Positions 18,187 through 28,394 of a stretch of 64,000 nucleotides of DNA are shown here, one piece after another; within the stretch, counting starts at the first letter, position 1; each line of letters opens with the position of its first letter. The position numbers and the translations under genes are program-made. Under the pieces are notes generated by a model. The model saw nothing but the letters and a program-made list of their open reading frames with translations, was not told the DNA's origin and ran no database searches. Source of the DNA: Candidatus Poseidoniaceae archaeon (GTDB lineage Archaea > Thermoplasmatota > Poseidoniia > Poseidoniales > Poseidoniaceae); assembly GCA_038125145.1 (NCBI GenBank), contig JAYPDK010000001.1, positions 4,368-68,367 of the forward strand, read 5' to 3'.

Positions 18187-19476
18187 TCATTCCGTCGCTG
18201 CCGTGCAGCGAAGGCCCAACGCTGCGACGCGGTCAAGGTACGTTGGGTCGGCGACGTTGTGCAATCGAGGACCTTCAATGGTCGCGCCGGTCGCCGCGGC
18301 TAGCGCAACGGCCGTCATCATCACCCGGTGGTCGCCATGGGTCCTCACGACGGATTCGGGTCGACGCAGGCGTTGCCCGCCCTCGACGTGCATGCCATCG
18401 TCGGTGGCCGTCGCTTCGATGCCGAAGGTGGTCAGCAGGTCGACGGTGGAGGAAATTCGATCCGATTCCTTGTGGCGGGCATGAGGCGCTCCACGGATCA
18501 CGCCACCACCTCCGAGGGCCAACAACGCTGCAAGAGGACAAATGAGGTCGTTGGCGGCAGCGAGGTCCACGTCAACCTCCCGCGTTGTTTCATTGGGAGC
18601 AAGACCGTCCTTGTCCCATGCAACCCCAAGCGCAGGCGCAAGGTCGTGCAAGATGTCCGCCCCGAGGGCCTCCTTTGCATCCGGCCACCCAACCAAGGAC
18701 AGGCGAGCGCCGACCGTTCGCACGTAGAGCATGGCGAACGAAGCCATCGATGCATCACCTGGTAACGTCACCTCCTTTGGAGGCCTCGGTGTCCACGGCG
18801 ACAGCGAAAGCCTGTCCTTGCTGAGGCATCCTGGCCAGCCGCACATCGACGCCACGCGCTCGCTCAGCGCTGCGTGCTGGGAACTGCGCACCACCCCGTC
18901 GAGCCGCACCTCGTGTTCGCTGTGCAACAAGGGACTGCTCAAGAGAAGTGCCGAGTATGGCTGGCTGGAACGGTCCCGACGAAGCACCGCCTCCCGGTCC
19001 GTGCTGCCCGTCCAAGGTCCTCGGACCTCCATTGGGAGGCGCTCGTGGCCGTCGCCGCATCGCACCTTCACGCCTTGGTCACGGAGAACGCTGGCAAGGT
19101 CGTCGGCACCCCGACGCCGGAGGGACGCGTCCCCGTCGAGCATCACGGGCACGTCGAGGTGGGAGGCAAGCGCGACAAGCATGCGGAGGGCTGTGCCAGA
19201 GTTGCCGGCATGAAGCAGGGACGGTGGGCGCACGAAGGGCGCAGCAGGGCGTATCATCCATGCCCCGTCACTGTCCACAACCTCAACGCCGAGTTGGGAA
19301 AGGCAACGTCGCATTGAGCGGGCGTCTTCACCAAGGCCGTCCGCACCGTTCAAACGTAGCTCATGCTCGCTGAGTGCCCCCATCATGAGCCAACGAATGG
19401 CGTGGCTTTTCGAAGGTGGTAGGGCCCAGGTGCCGTCCATGGCCCCGTTCAAGGGAGCAACGTGGAGGACCTCCAC
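18187..19476 (-). CDS. aroA: 3-phosphoshikimate 1-carboxyvinyltransferase (EPSP synthase)
   Basis: PPSKSHAIR, GNSGTALR, DASLRRR, SSQPYSALLL, RHKESDRI, HGDHR; start codon uncertain. Confidence 0.9.
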   Translation of the reverse strand: MEVLHVAPLNGAMDGTWALPPSKSHAIRWLMMGALSEHELRLNGADGLGEDARSMRRCLSQLGVEVVDSDGAWMIRPAAPFVRPPSLLHAGNSGTALRMLVALASHLDVPVMLDGDASLRRRGADDLASVLRDQGVKVRCGDGHERLPMEVRGPWTGSTDREAVLRRDRSSQPYSALLLSSPLLHSEHEVRLDGVVRSSQHAALSERVASMCGWPGCLSKDRLSLSPWTPRPPKEVTLPGDASMASFAMLYVRTVGARLSLVGWPDAKEALGADILHDLAPALGVAWDKDGLAPNETTREVDVDLAAANDLICPLAALLALGGGGVIRGAPHARHKESDRISSTVDLLTTFGIEATATDDGMHVEGGQRLRRPESVVRTHGDHRVMMTAVALAAATGATIEGPRLHNVADPTYLDRVAALGLRCTAATE

Positions 19477-19617
19477 GAGGTTTTGAGGCCCGCCGTCTGG
19501 ACGCGCTTTCCACCGCCGTGCCCATCGATGCGCCACGCATGGAGCACTGGGGGGGGCGGGATGAAGGTTCGTTCTGCCTGAAGGCAGCCTCAAGATGGGG
19601 TGGCGTTTCGCTCCCAC

Positions 19618-20622
19618 ATGGCCGTCCACGACCTTCGTGGACGGGCGCTTGGGGACCTGCGCATCTCCGTGACGGACCGATGCAACCTCAGGTGCACCTA
19701 CTGCATGCCGCGTGAGTCCTTTGGACCAAACCACGACTTTCTCCCGAGGTCAGGGTTGCTCACATTTGAGGAGATCCGGGACGTTGTTGTTGCCGCAGCA
19801 CCGCTTGGCGTGCGCAAACTTCGCCTGACCGGAGGGGAGCCGTTGCTGCGTCGAGACCTCGAACGGCTCGTGGCCTTGCTTCGGACGGCCGTTCCAGAGG
19901 CCGACATCGCGCTGACCACGAACGGTGTGCTGCTCGCCGGGAAAGCGATGGCACTTGCCCGTGCCGGACTTGACCGGGTCACGGTTTCGCTCGATGCCAT
20001 GGACGCGTCGGTCTACGCCGCCATGGCGGATGTGGACCACGGACCGGAGGCGGCGATGGAGGGCATCGAGGCAGCGCTCGATGCGGGGTTGAGCGTGAAG
20101 GTCAACTGCGTCGTGCGGGCTGGCGTGAACGAGCGTGACATTGTCCCACTGGTCCGCACCTTCGGGCCCCGAGGCATCACCGTTCGCTTCATCGAATACA
20201 TGGACGTTGGAGCCACGAACGATTGGAGCATGGCGTCCGTGCTCCCCGGAACAGCGGTGCGTGCCATGATCGAGGAGGTCCACGGCCCACTGAACGCCAT
20301 CGCGCCCTCGTCCCCGAGCGACGTGGCACGCACGTGGAGGACCAAGGAAGGATGGACCTTCGGGTGCATCGATTCGGTGACCACCCCCTTCTGTGGGGAC
20401 TGCAGCAGGGCCCGCCTTTCCGCAGACGGTGCGCTGTACACCTGCCTGTTCTCAAACGACGGGCATCCGTTGTTGCCGCTCGTCAGGGAAGGCGCTTCGA
20501 CCGAAGATTTGCGTCAAGCCATCGTCAGCATATGGAGCGGACGAAACGACGCCTACTCTGAGCAACGGAGTGGGTCATCGGAACGCTCGGGTCGCGTTGA
20601 GATGTCGTTCATCGGTGGATGA
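19618..20622 (+). CDS. moaA: GTP 3',8-cyclase MoaA (radical SAM)
   Basis: LRISVTDRCNLRCTYCMP, LTGGEPL, FCGDCSRARL...C, C-terminal MSFIGG. Confidence 0.96.
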   Translation: MAVHDLRGRALGDLRISVTDRCNLRCTYCMPRESFGPNHDFLPRSGLLTFEEIRDVVVAAAPLGVRKLRLTGGEPLLRRDLERLVALLRTAVPEADIALTTNGVLLAGKAMALARAGLDRVTVSLDAMDASVYAAMADVDHGPEAAMEGIEAALDAGLSVKVNCVVRAGVNERDIVPLVRTFGPRGITVRFIEYMDVGATNDWSMASVLPGTAVRAMIEEVHGPLNAIAPSSPSDVARTWRTKEGWTFGCIDSVTTPFCGDCSRARLSADGALYTCLFSNDGHPLLPLVREGASTEDLRQAIVSIWSGRNDAYSEQRSGSSERSGRVEMSFIGG

Positions 20623-21117
20623 TCATCCTTCGATGGCCGGAAGTTGGACATCGAACAGCACCACGCCACTGTCTTGAAGTTGCGAATAGACCATCTTGAG
20701 CCGCCACCCACCTGCATCGGCACCAAGCCGTTCTGAGGCGACAACGAGGTAATCGCCTTGGGTCACGGAGTACCCTGCATCACGGTCATGGAACGTGACG
20801 TTGGCCCCGACCACCCCGTAGACGTCGCTGTCAATCACCCTGCCTGTTTCGACGATCGTCCCGTTTGGATCTGAGAGCGTGTACGTCGTCAATGCTGGGT
20901 CCAACGCCTGATCCAAGCTCGAAAGGCGTACCACGTGGAATCCGTTCTCAAGCCCTCGGATGCTTGCGGTGGCCTGTGGAGGTGACTTCTCGGTGGTGGT
21001 CAACGCCCCTTGGAACATGAGGAACACCATGCTGCTGAGGAGCACGGTGATGGCGAGGAGGAGCACGGTCGCAATGACGGGGCTCACCGCCGCATCGTCG
21101 GCGCAGTCCCTCCGCAT
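20623..21117 (-). CDS. Archaeal type IV pilin-like protein (class III signal peptide)
   Basis: DDAA/VSPVIATVLLLAITVLL is the typical archaeal pilin N-terminus. Confidence 0.85.
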   Translation of the reverse strand: MRRDCADDAAVSPVIATVLLLAITVLLSSMVFLMFQGALTTTEKSPPQATASIRGLENGFHVVRLSSLDQALDPALTTYTLSDPNGTIVETGRVIDSDVYGVVGANVTFHDRDAGYSVTQGDYLVVASERLGADAGGWRLKMVYSQLQDSGVVLFDVQLPAIEG

Positions 21118-21177
21118 GGCCGCAGGTCGGCCTCGCGGGACTTGAACCACTCGGCGTTCGGCGTGGGGAGGAACGCC

Positions 21178-22320
21178 TCAGAGGACCCACAGCGGCCGGC
21201 CACACTCCATCGCGCGGCGGATGCCACCGATGGGGCCGAGCATCCGAAGAATGCCTTCCGTCAGCATGTCGTTTCGCATGAACGCGTAGCCGAGTTGCTT
21301 CGACCGTAACGAATTCCGAAGTGCGGGTCCGAAGGTCCACTCCACACGCTTTTGGTAGGCCTCCAGAGGTGCCCCCGCTCGAACGTGGTCAAGGATCGCG
21401 TCGGCGGCAAAGCATCCCGAAACCACGGCCTGGCTGATGCCACCCCCGTTTGACGGCATGACCAGACCCGCCGCGTCGCCGACGGCGAGCGCGTTTCCAT
21501 CGACCATTCGTCGAACAGGGCCCCCCATGGGGATCCACCCGCCTCCAACCTCCATGATCTCGAATCCAAGGGTGGAACAGAAGCGTTCGAGGTGGTCCTT
21601 CAAGCGGCCATCGAGGTAGCCTGCACGGACACCAAGGCCCACGTTGGCCGTATCCGGACCCTTGGGGATGATCCATGCGTATCCGGATGGAGCGACGCTT
21701 CCAAGGAAGACGTCGAAGGTGGGTGGCACATCACCACGCACCTGCGCGTACACCGTTGGCACCTGATCCGAGGGCCGGCGAGCAGCGTCCGTCCCGTGCC
21801 TCAACCGAGCCACGTGAGCGAGCGCACCAGAGGCGTCAACGAGATGATCGCAGGTGAGGCGCCCTCCATCGCTCGTCACCAGTACTTCACGACCTGCGCG
21901 ACGCTGCTGGTGCAGCCGCTGAAGGGCGACGCCGACACGGAGTTCTGCCCCCGCCTCGACGGCCCGCTCTGCCAGGTGGCCGTCGAATTGGGCGCGGTGC
22001 CCCGCGTACGCATCGAGGGAGAAATCGTAGGATCGACCCGAGGGCAGGAACACCCGCATGGCGTCCAGCCGATGCAAACGGATGCGATCGGGCACATCGA
22101 AGGTGTCGATGAGCCACGCATGGTCCTCAAGCCCACGGAACGTGTGGACGATTTCACCCCAATTCGGGATGCATTCACCGCACTGTGCCGGGTGCCCGAC
22201 GACGGCCCGACGTTCAAGCACAAGCACGTCCATTCCCGCCTCGGCAAGCCGTCGTGCGCAGCTCGATCCTCCTGGCCCAGCCCCGACAACAACGACGCTT
22301 CGATGCTCGATGTCGGGCAT
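21178..22320 (-). CDS. Geranylgeranyl reductase family protein (digeranylgeranylglycerophospholipid reductase-like)
   Basis: VVVGAGPGGS, CGE, PSGYAWIIPKG (YxWxFP-like), VGDAAG...GGGI. Confidence 0.9.
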   Translation of the reverse strand: MPDIEHRSVVVVGAGPGGSSCARRLAEAGMDVLVLERRAVVGHPAQCGECIPNWGEIVHTFRGLEDHAWLIDTFDVPDRIRLHRLDAMRVFLPSGRSYDFSLDAYAGHRAQFDGHLAERAVEAGAELRVGVALQRLHQQRRAGREVLVTSDGGRLTCDHLVDASGALAHVARLRHGTDAARRPSDQVPTVYAQVRGDVPPTFDVFLGSVAPSGYAWIIPKGPDTANVGLGVRAGYLDGRLKDHLERFCSTLGFEIMEVGGGWIPMGGPVRRMVDGNALAVGDAAGLVMPSNGGGISQAVVSGCFAADAILDHVRAGAPLEAYQKRVEWTFGPALRNSLRSKQLGYAFMRNDMLTEGILRMLGPIGGIRRAMECGRPLWVL

Positions 22321-22324
22321 CGCG

Positions 22325-23311
22325 TCACCTCGTTCGTTCCCCGACCTCTCGGAGCATGTCGAGCATCAGGGGCACGGCTGGTCCAGCTCCGACGCGTTGC
22401 AAGGCAGCACCGGCGCGCTCAAGATGCAAGTCCACCAAGACCTCTGCATACTCCAAGGAGGACGAGCGGTGGAGAAGGTCCATCAGTTCAGGCCAATCGG
22501 CTTCCTTGAACGAAGAAAGGAGGGCGGCGAGCCGGTCTCGTTCGGCACCATGCGAGAGGGTGAGCGCGTGGATGAGGGGGAGGGTCATTTTCCCTTCAAC
22601 AACGTCGGCTCCACGCGGCTTGCCCATATCGGGGGAACCCCGGAGGTCGAGCAAATCGTCCACCAGTTGGAAAGCAACACCGAGTTCCTCGCCGAAGGCC
22701 CTGAAGTGCTCGGCGTCCTCGGCGTTCCTTCCGGCGACCAACGCCGCTGCCTGACAGCCGGCGGCGAACGGGCCTGCGGTTTTGCCCCGGACGATGTCCA
22801 GGTAATCTTCTGGCGAGGTGGTCAGGTCATCGATGTGGTCGAGTTGAAGGAATTCTGAGACGGCGATGTCCGAGCAACTCCGAGCCATGATGGACACCAC
22901 GCGTTCATCGTACCGCCCGCCGAGACCGAAGCCTTGCACAAACAACCAGTCGCCCGTGATGATGGCTTTCGCGGACCCTGCGAGAAGGTGAACCGTCGTC
23001 CGACCGCGGCGCTGGTCGGCTTCGTCGTTCATATCGTCGTGCACCAGGGTCGCGGTGTGGATCAGTTCGAACGCAAGGGCCAGCGGGAGCACGTCCTCTG
23101 GGTCCTTCCCACCCGCAGCCTCGAACGCGAGCAGCACGAGCAACGGCCTGAGCCGTTTTCCACCGGACAGCAACACGTGCTCTGCGAGGTCAACCACCTC
23201 GCCGTCCCCCTGCTCGCGTGCTGCAGCAAGGTGCGATGCAAGGCACTCGTCAACCCTCTCACGCAAGGAGAGCAGCCGTTCCACCTGCTCGGTGGCCAGC
23301 GTGGACATCAC
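22325..23311 (-). CDS. Polyprenyl diphosphate synthase (GGPP synthase/IdsA family)
   Basis: GGKRLRP, first Asp-rich motif HDDMND...RRG, GKT, second motif FQLVDDLLD. Confidence 0.92.
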   Translation of the reverse strand: MMSTLATEQVERLLSLRERVDECLASHLAAAREQGDGEVVDLAEHVLLSGGKRLRPLLVLLAFEAAGGKDPEDVLPLALAFELIHTATLVHDDMNDEADQRRGRTTVHLLAGSAKAIITGDWLFVQGFGLGGRYDERVVSIMARSCSDIAVSEFLQLDHIDDLTTSPEDYLDIVRGKTAGPFAAGCQAAALVAGRNAEDAEHFRAFGEELGVAFQLVDDLLDLRGSPDMGKPRGADVVEGKMTLPLIHALTLSHGAERDRLAALLSSFKEADWPELMDLLHRSSSLEYAEVLVDLHLERAGAALQRVGAGPAVPLMLDMLREVGERTR

Positions 23312-23375
23312 TTTCGTCCACGAGGGTGGCCTTCTTAACGGGTGTCGAGCGCCCCGAGGTCATCGAGGGTCGGTG

Positions 23376-24464
23376 ATGGAGGAAGAGGTCGCGCGCTATC
23401 TTGTCGCGCTTCCTCCTGACGACGATGACATGGCTTCGACGCACGCGAATGGCGTGTTGAGCGGACTCAGCGAACCGACCTTTGTCACCAAACCTTTGCC
23501 AAGCATGCACGACGCGGTTCGGCTCTTGCTTGACGGCGACGTCGACCTCATTGCAGTTTCAGCCACGCAGTGGTCCAGCATGGACAAGACCGGTTTGACG
23601 GTGGCGTCCGCCCTCGGCCGACGGGAACCCACATGGATCCTCGTGGCCGATGACCGCCCAGACATGCTCGAGCATGGGGCTCGTGTCGGCTGTGATCACC
23701 CGTTGCTCCACCGCCAACTTCGCCGGTTTCGACCAGACCTCTCCCTCGTGAACCCGAACGACGAGGACCCCTCATGGTGCACGCTGCCCGCGGCCGAGCG
23801 CATGAGCCGTTGGGAGGAACAGCGGACCTCTGGTGACCTCCATGGATACGTGATTCCTCGATCCATGCACCGGTGCTTGGAGGGACGACCGCCCCGTCGG
23901 CACACGTTGGGACTCTACCGTGAGGACCCTACACGGCACCGCTTCGTGCCGCCTCCCTTGGGGGGTTTCACCCTGCTCGTCGCTCGGTCCGGCTTCCCGG
24001 CAGCACCTTTGCGCCCGATCAGCGATGTCGGAGCCTTGCTCGCCCACCGGTTGGAACGCGCCATCCTTGAAGCGATTCCCGAACACCTGCAATCGATAAC
24101 CGGGGTCCACGTTGAACGGCGACGCGTCGGAACCCTCCTGCAAGAAGCAGCGAAGGTTGAGGACGAACACGCCATCGAATCGTTGCTTGACCCTGAAGCC
24201 AGCCTGAAAACGAAGGGCCACCGCCTGGAGATCATCGTCGAAACCCTCGGCGTCGATGGACGAGGTGCAGCAGCCAGCGAACGTGTGTTTCCGGAAGCGG
24301 AAGCACATTCCGGCATGGTCCGTGCCCTGGAAGAATGGTCCGAACTTCTTGATGCGATGACCACCGACCACGAGGAGTTGGGCCGCGGGGTGCATTACAT
24401 GGGAGAATTCGAGGAGGCGTACGCTGCAGCCCACCCTTCGATGATGCGCTTGGAAGAGGAATGA
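23376..24464 (+). CDS. Divergent porphobilinogen deaminase (HemC)-like protein, probably catalytically degenerate
   Basis: LLLDGDVDLIAVS, RREP..., GARVG...RQLRRFRPDL, FVPP and ERAIL resemble HemC blocks, but SxKD, TSSLRR and the cofactor Cys are absent. Confidence 0.55.
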   Translation: MEEEVARYLVALPPDDDDMASTHANGVLSGLSEPTFVTKPLPSMHDAVRLLLDGDVDLIAVSATQWSSMDKTGLTVASALGRREPTWILVADDRPDMLEHGARVGCDHPLLHRQLRRFRPDLSLVNPNDEDPSWCTLPAAERMSRWEEQRTSGDLHGYVIPRSMHRCLEGRPPRRHTLGLYREDPTRHRFVPPPLGGFTLLVARSGFPAAPLRPISDVGALLAHRLERAILEAIPEHLQSITGVHVERRRVGTLLQEAAKVEDEHAIESLLDPEASLKTKGHRLEIIVETLGVDGRGAAASERVFPEAEAHSGMVRALEEWSELLDAMTTDHEELGRGVHYMGEFEEAYAAAHPSMMRLEEE

Positions 24465-24548
24465 AGGTCGTCAGTCGGCCGTTGAACGGTCGTGTTTGGT
24501 GCGAATCCCCATATACCCACAGGCGTGGAATTGGAACGGGTTGAAGCA

Positions 24549-26408
24549 ATGGTGGACGCCGCGGCCATGCTCGAGGAACTCTATCGGGCGAAGCTCGACG
24601 ACCTGCGGTCGATTGCAGCGGCGTATGACCTGCCACGGACGGGCGGCGTGGATCTGCTTCGCGCCCGCCTCATTCGAGACTTGGTGCTCGGGGATTGGGA
24701 CCTGAGCGATGAGGGTCTTGCAAACCTCAAAAACGTGGAATTAGGGGACCTCCTCGAAGTGTTTGGGATCAAGAAAACGGGCTCCATCCGAGCACGCCGT
24801 CAGCGCCTGTACCTTCACCTGAACCACGACGCGAAGGGGCTCTCTGTGGAAGTGCTGGAAGAAGCGACCAAGGACGACCTCCAAACCTTGGCACGCGCGC
24901 TCGACCTGCAAGTCTCCGGCTCCAAACAACTGCTCCAGTCCCGCATCGCGGGGGTCCTCGAAATGCAGCGTGGCGCATGGGGGCCAATCAAGCGGGCCCT
25001 CCGAAGGGAGGGTGGCGCGACAGGCATCTCGGTACCGCAGCCCGAAGGCGCACCGCTTCGAGAGGAAACATCGGAACAGCACCAGCAGCCCGAGGACGCT
25101 CAGGTGGATGTTGTGGACCCCATCGAAGCAGCGACAGAGGACGACGCAGACGACGAGCCCCCTGCGTCGACCACCAGCGACGTTGGACGGGCTGTGGAGG
25201 CCTTCGCGGACGCGCACCCAGACGGGTGGACCGACGGCGAAGAAACAGAACTTCGAATGACGCTCCAATCCCAGGGCGTCGACGTCACGCGGGGTGACGT
25301 GGCCGCTGAATTGGACGATGCCTTGAGGGAGTTCGCCGTCAGCCCTCCTGCCCTCGAGGAACTCCCCCCTGAGCCGATGCCCGAGGAACCGACGGCCTTG
25401 ACCCTTGACGAGCGGGCGGACCTTGACGACCTCGACCGGCGCACTGCAGAGGTTGAGGCGTCCTGCAGGCACTACCTCAGCATTGGCAGCATCCACGACA
25501 CCGCGGACGTCGATGCCTTCCTCGATCACCTCGTTCAACAAGGGTTTGATACAACGAAACATCACGTCCGCCAAGCCATCATCGTACGGCTTCACGACGT
25601 TGACCGTCGACGAGCCGACGAGGAACTCGCCCAGCGTGACCGGCCCTCCACGTGGCGTGGCCGGGAAGCCGTTCGGGCCTTCGAACACCAGCGCCCGATG
25701 CTGCTCGAAGCCGTCGACGCCGCGACCATGGAGGGCGACAGCCCAGAGGCTCGCTCAGCCTACCTCACCGCTGCCACCAACCTTGGACTGGACCTCTCTG
25801 AACCTGCAGTGTCTGGACGAGTTCACGCCCTCTACGACCTGCATGTGGAACTGCTCGCAGAACGTGCCTCAATGGACCCTGTCGCCTCACGACGCCAAAG
25901 CGCGCTGCGCGTGCTCTTCCACGGAAGCGTTCACCTTGACGTGGCCGCGCGACGGACCTTGGAGCGCTTGGAACGGGGCCTTCCTGCCTTCGAAGACCTC
26001 GTCGCTGCTGTGCTGGACGATTCGACCGGACGCATCGAGCCCGGTCATGAAGCCCTCATCATGACGTACCTTGAGCGACGAGGGCTTGAGGTCAACACAG
26101 CCGACCTTCGGCCTCGCGTGATGGCTTGTGCTGGGGTGCTCGCAGCAGAGATGGGGCTCATTTCGCTCTCAGAAATCCCACGGCTTGCTCCAGGCCTCCG
26201 GGTGTCGGACGACCAAATTGACGACATTGTTCACGAGTTGCAGAGCCTCGCCGCCTCCTTCCGCGTCCCAGTTGGGCGCGATGAAGACCCCGAAGACGCC
26301 TCCACGCCCCCTGCTGCGCGCGACGGTCGAGATCGGCGCGTGGACGGCGCCAAAGCCATGGTGGACCGTGCCGATGCGGTCCTCTCTCGCATGCTCGAAG
26401 AGCGCTGA
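24549..26408 (+). CDS. Hypothetical protein with three N-terminal SAP-like DNA-binding repeats, an acidic linker and a helical C-terminus
   Basis: Repeats KLDDLRSIAAAYDLPRTGGVDLLRARL, KNVELGDLLEVFGIKKTGSIRARRQRL and TKDDLQTLARALDLQVSGSKQLLQSRI; start may be 24492. Confidence 0.7.
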   Translation: MVDAAAMLEELYRAKLDDLRSIAAAYDLPRTGGVDLLRARLIRDLVLGDWDLSDEGLANLKNVELGDLLEVFGIKKTGSIRARRQRLYLHLNHDAKGLSVEVLEEATKDDLQTLARALDLQVSGSKQLLQSRIAGVLEMQRGAWGPIKRALRREGGATGISVPQPEGAPLREETSEQHQQPEDAQVDVVDPIEAATEDDADDEPPASTTSDVGRAVEAFADAHPDGWTDGEETELRMTLQSQGVDVTRGDVAAELDDALREFAVSPPALEELPPEPMPEEPTALTLDERADLDDLDRRTAEVEASCRHYLSIGSIHDTADVDAFLDHLVQQGFDTTKHHVRQAIIVRLHDVDRRRADEELAQRDRPSTWRGREAVRAFEHQRPMLLEAVDAATMEGDSPEARSAYLTAATNLGLDLSEPAVSGRVHALYDLHVELLAERASMDPVASRRQSALRVLFHGSVHLDVAARRTLERLERGLPAFEDLVAAVLDDSTGRIEPGHEALIMTYLERRGLEVNTADLRPRVMACAGVLAAEMGLISLSEIPRLAPGLRVSDDQIDDIVHELQSLAASFRVPVGRDEDPEDASTPPAARDGRDRRVDGAKAMVDRADAVLSRMLEER

Positions 26409-26414
26409 AGGCGC

Positions 26415-27650
26415 TTATCGGGTCGCGTAGAAGTTTTGGATGATCGAGGTGACCGTCTGGATGTCACGAATGTCACGCTGCTGAAGGTCTGCCAGAATGG
26501 CCTCCCGTTGCCGCACGTGCTGTTCGAACACTTCTGGTGTGATGCCCGCAGCGTTGCAAATGCGCTCCCTGAACTGCGACGGGATGCCGGTCTCTTCGAT
26601 TTCATCGGTGTTGGCGTTGTACTTCCAGATCGCGTTGAGGCGGGGTTTGTCCCCTTCCATACCAGCCACCTCGGCCACTTCAACGATCTTCCTCGCCGTC
26701 CTGCCATGAACGTGAAGTCGGGCCTGGATGATGATCAGGTCAAGCCCGGTCAACATGATCGGCGGAACGCTCATCGGCGGGTTGATCAAACGCGTGACGG
26801 TTTCCTGCGCTGTGTTGGCGTGCAGGCTCCCGAAAGAGCCGTCGTGGCCGGTGTTCATGGCCGTCAGCAGCGTTGCCGCTTCCGAACTTCGGACTTCACC
26901 CACAATGATGCGGTCAGGCCGCATCCTGAGGCTGGACTTGAGGCAATCGTTCATGTCAACTTCTGGGGTCCCATCAGGTCGTTCACGGCGCGTTTCCATG
27001 CGTAGCCAGTGGTCGTGGTACACCTGAAGTTCAGCCGTATCCTCGACGGTGAGAAGGCGTCGGTGCCATGGAATGTACATCCCAAGGCAGTTCAGGGTCG
27101 TGGTCTTCCCCGACCCGGTGCCACCTGCGATCACGAAGTTTGCAGGACGGCTATCGAGGCCCTCAATCCATACCCACATCATGGCCGCCAACCGCAGGTT
27201 GACCGTCCCGAAGTTGATGAGGTCAATCATCGTCAGTGGGTCCTCCTTGAACTTACGAATCGTCAAGGTCGGTCCATCCGGCGAGACAGGAGGAATGGTT
27301 CCGTTGACACGGGAGCCATCGGGAAGGCGGCCGTCGAAGATGGGCACCATGCCAGGTCCGTCGCCGAGAGGGACATTGGTGAACGCTGCGATGTTGGCTG
27401 CGATTTGCTGGCCGTCGGCGTCGGCAATCCAGATGTTGGTGCGGCACATGCCGTGATCCCTGTGCGCGACCTTGACGCACTGGGTGCCCCCGTTGTACAT
27501 CACTTCCTCAAGCCCATCGTCCTCGAGCAAGGCGGCGAGGTCCCCGTACGGATTGGCCTCAATAGGCCCCTCAACGTGGTAAATCGGTGAGGGGTGGTTG
27601 TCTTCCTCGTAGATCGTAACGCGCCCGTACTGTGCAAGGATGTTCGACAT
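26415..27650 (-). CDS. Type II/IV secretion or pilus assembly ATPase (TadA/CpaF/FlaI family)
   Basis: LPDGSRVN, LTIRKF, Walker A GGTGSGKTT, VEDTAEL, LRMRPDRIIVGEVR, AMNTGHDG...HAN. Confidence 0.93.
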   Translation of the reverse strand: MSNILAQYGRVTIYEEDNHPSPIYHVEGPIEANPYGDLAALLEDDGLEEVMYNGGTQCVKVAHRDHGMCRTNIWIADADGQQIAANIAAFTNVPLGDGPGMVPIFDGRLPDGSRVNGTIPPVSPDGPTLTIRKFKEDPLTMIDLINFGTVNLRLAAMMWVWIEGLDSRPANFVIAGGTGSGKTTTLNCLGMYIPWHRRLLTVEDTAELQVYHDHWLRMETRRERPDGTPEVDMNDCLKSSLRMRPDRIIVGEVRSSEAATLLTAMNTGHDGSFGSLHANTAQETVTRLINPPMSVPPIMLTGLDLIIIQARLHVHGRTARKIVEVAEVAGMEGDKPRLNAIWKYNANTDEIEETGIPSQFRERICNAAGITPEVFEQHVRQREAILADLQQRDIRDIQTVTSIIQNFYATR

Positions 27651-27653
27651 GAC

Positions 27654-28385
27654 TCAGCCTCCAATCATCAACAGGGCCCCGTAAAACAGGCCCATGGAAA
27701 GCGTGCTCCAGAACGGAAGCCACCACAACATGGCGTCCATCCGGCCCAGCATCCGGCCGCAGATGGCGACCGCAACGGCACTCGCAGCCCCGAAGAAGAT
27801 CGAGAAGGTCGTGGCGATGCTGTCGATTTGGTATCCTTTGGACGGAGGTGCGAAGAGACCGATCAACACGGCGATGAGGCCGGGAAGGCCGAGGCACACA
27901 AACAGAACGATGGTCATCACGAGCCCTGAGAGGTCCTTTTCCCGCTTGTCGATGAGGTCGTTGAGGCGCTGGTAGTCGTTTGCGAGGTCGTACAACACGG
28001 CCTGGAGCGGAGCGTTCTGTTCGACCGCTGTCTGGATGAGTTGCACAACACGCTGCACCTGTGAGGACCGGGTGCTTGTCGCGAAGGAGGCCAACGCTGC
28101 ATCGAAACTTGAGGAGTGGCTCTTGGACAGGGCTTCGCTCAACAAGGCACCGAACGGACCCTGAACGTTCGAGGATTGGTCCATCATCACCTCTTGCAGG
28201 CCGAGCCCTGCTCCAACGCCGTCGCTGAGGGATTCAAGAAAACCGGGGAGCACTCCCTCAACGGCTCGCCGGCGCCGGCGTTCGATCATTGGAGGCACGC
28301 CTCCGGCAGCGAAGGCAAGACCGATGCCCGCAAGAAGCAGCAAGGGCAGGTTGTCGTTGAAGGATTCAATGAGCCTCCAGAACAT
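27654..28385 (-). CDS. Type II secretion system F / TadC-like membrane platform protein
   Basis: LPGFLESLSDGVGAGLGL T2SSF-like pattern plus TM helices; adjacent to the ATPase. Confidence 0.8.
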   Translation of the reverse strand: MFWRLIESFNDNLPLLLLAGIGLAFAAGGVPPMIERRRRRAVEGVLPGFLESLSDGVGAGLGLQEVMMDQSSNVQGPFGALLSEALSKSHSSSFDAALASFATSTRSSQVQRVVQLIQTAVEQNAPLQAVLYDLANDYQRLNDLIDKREKDLSGLVMTIVLFVCLGLPGLIAVLIGLFAPPSKGYQIDSIATTFSIFFGAASAVAVAICGRMLGRMDAMLWWLPFWSTLSMGLFYGALLMIGG

Positions 28386-28394
28386 GGTCTCACC

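Noticed and set aside
19549..19556. G8 run (also C8 at 49275-49282) as a phase-variation tract
   Set aside because: Short homopolymers are expected at this GC content, they are intergenic, and there is no evidence of length variation.
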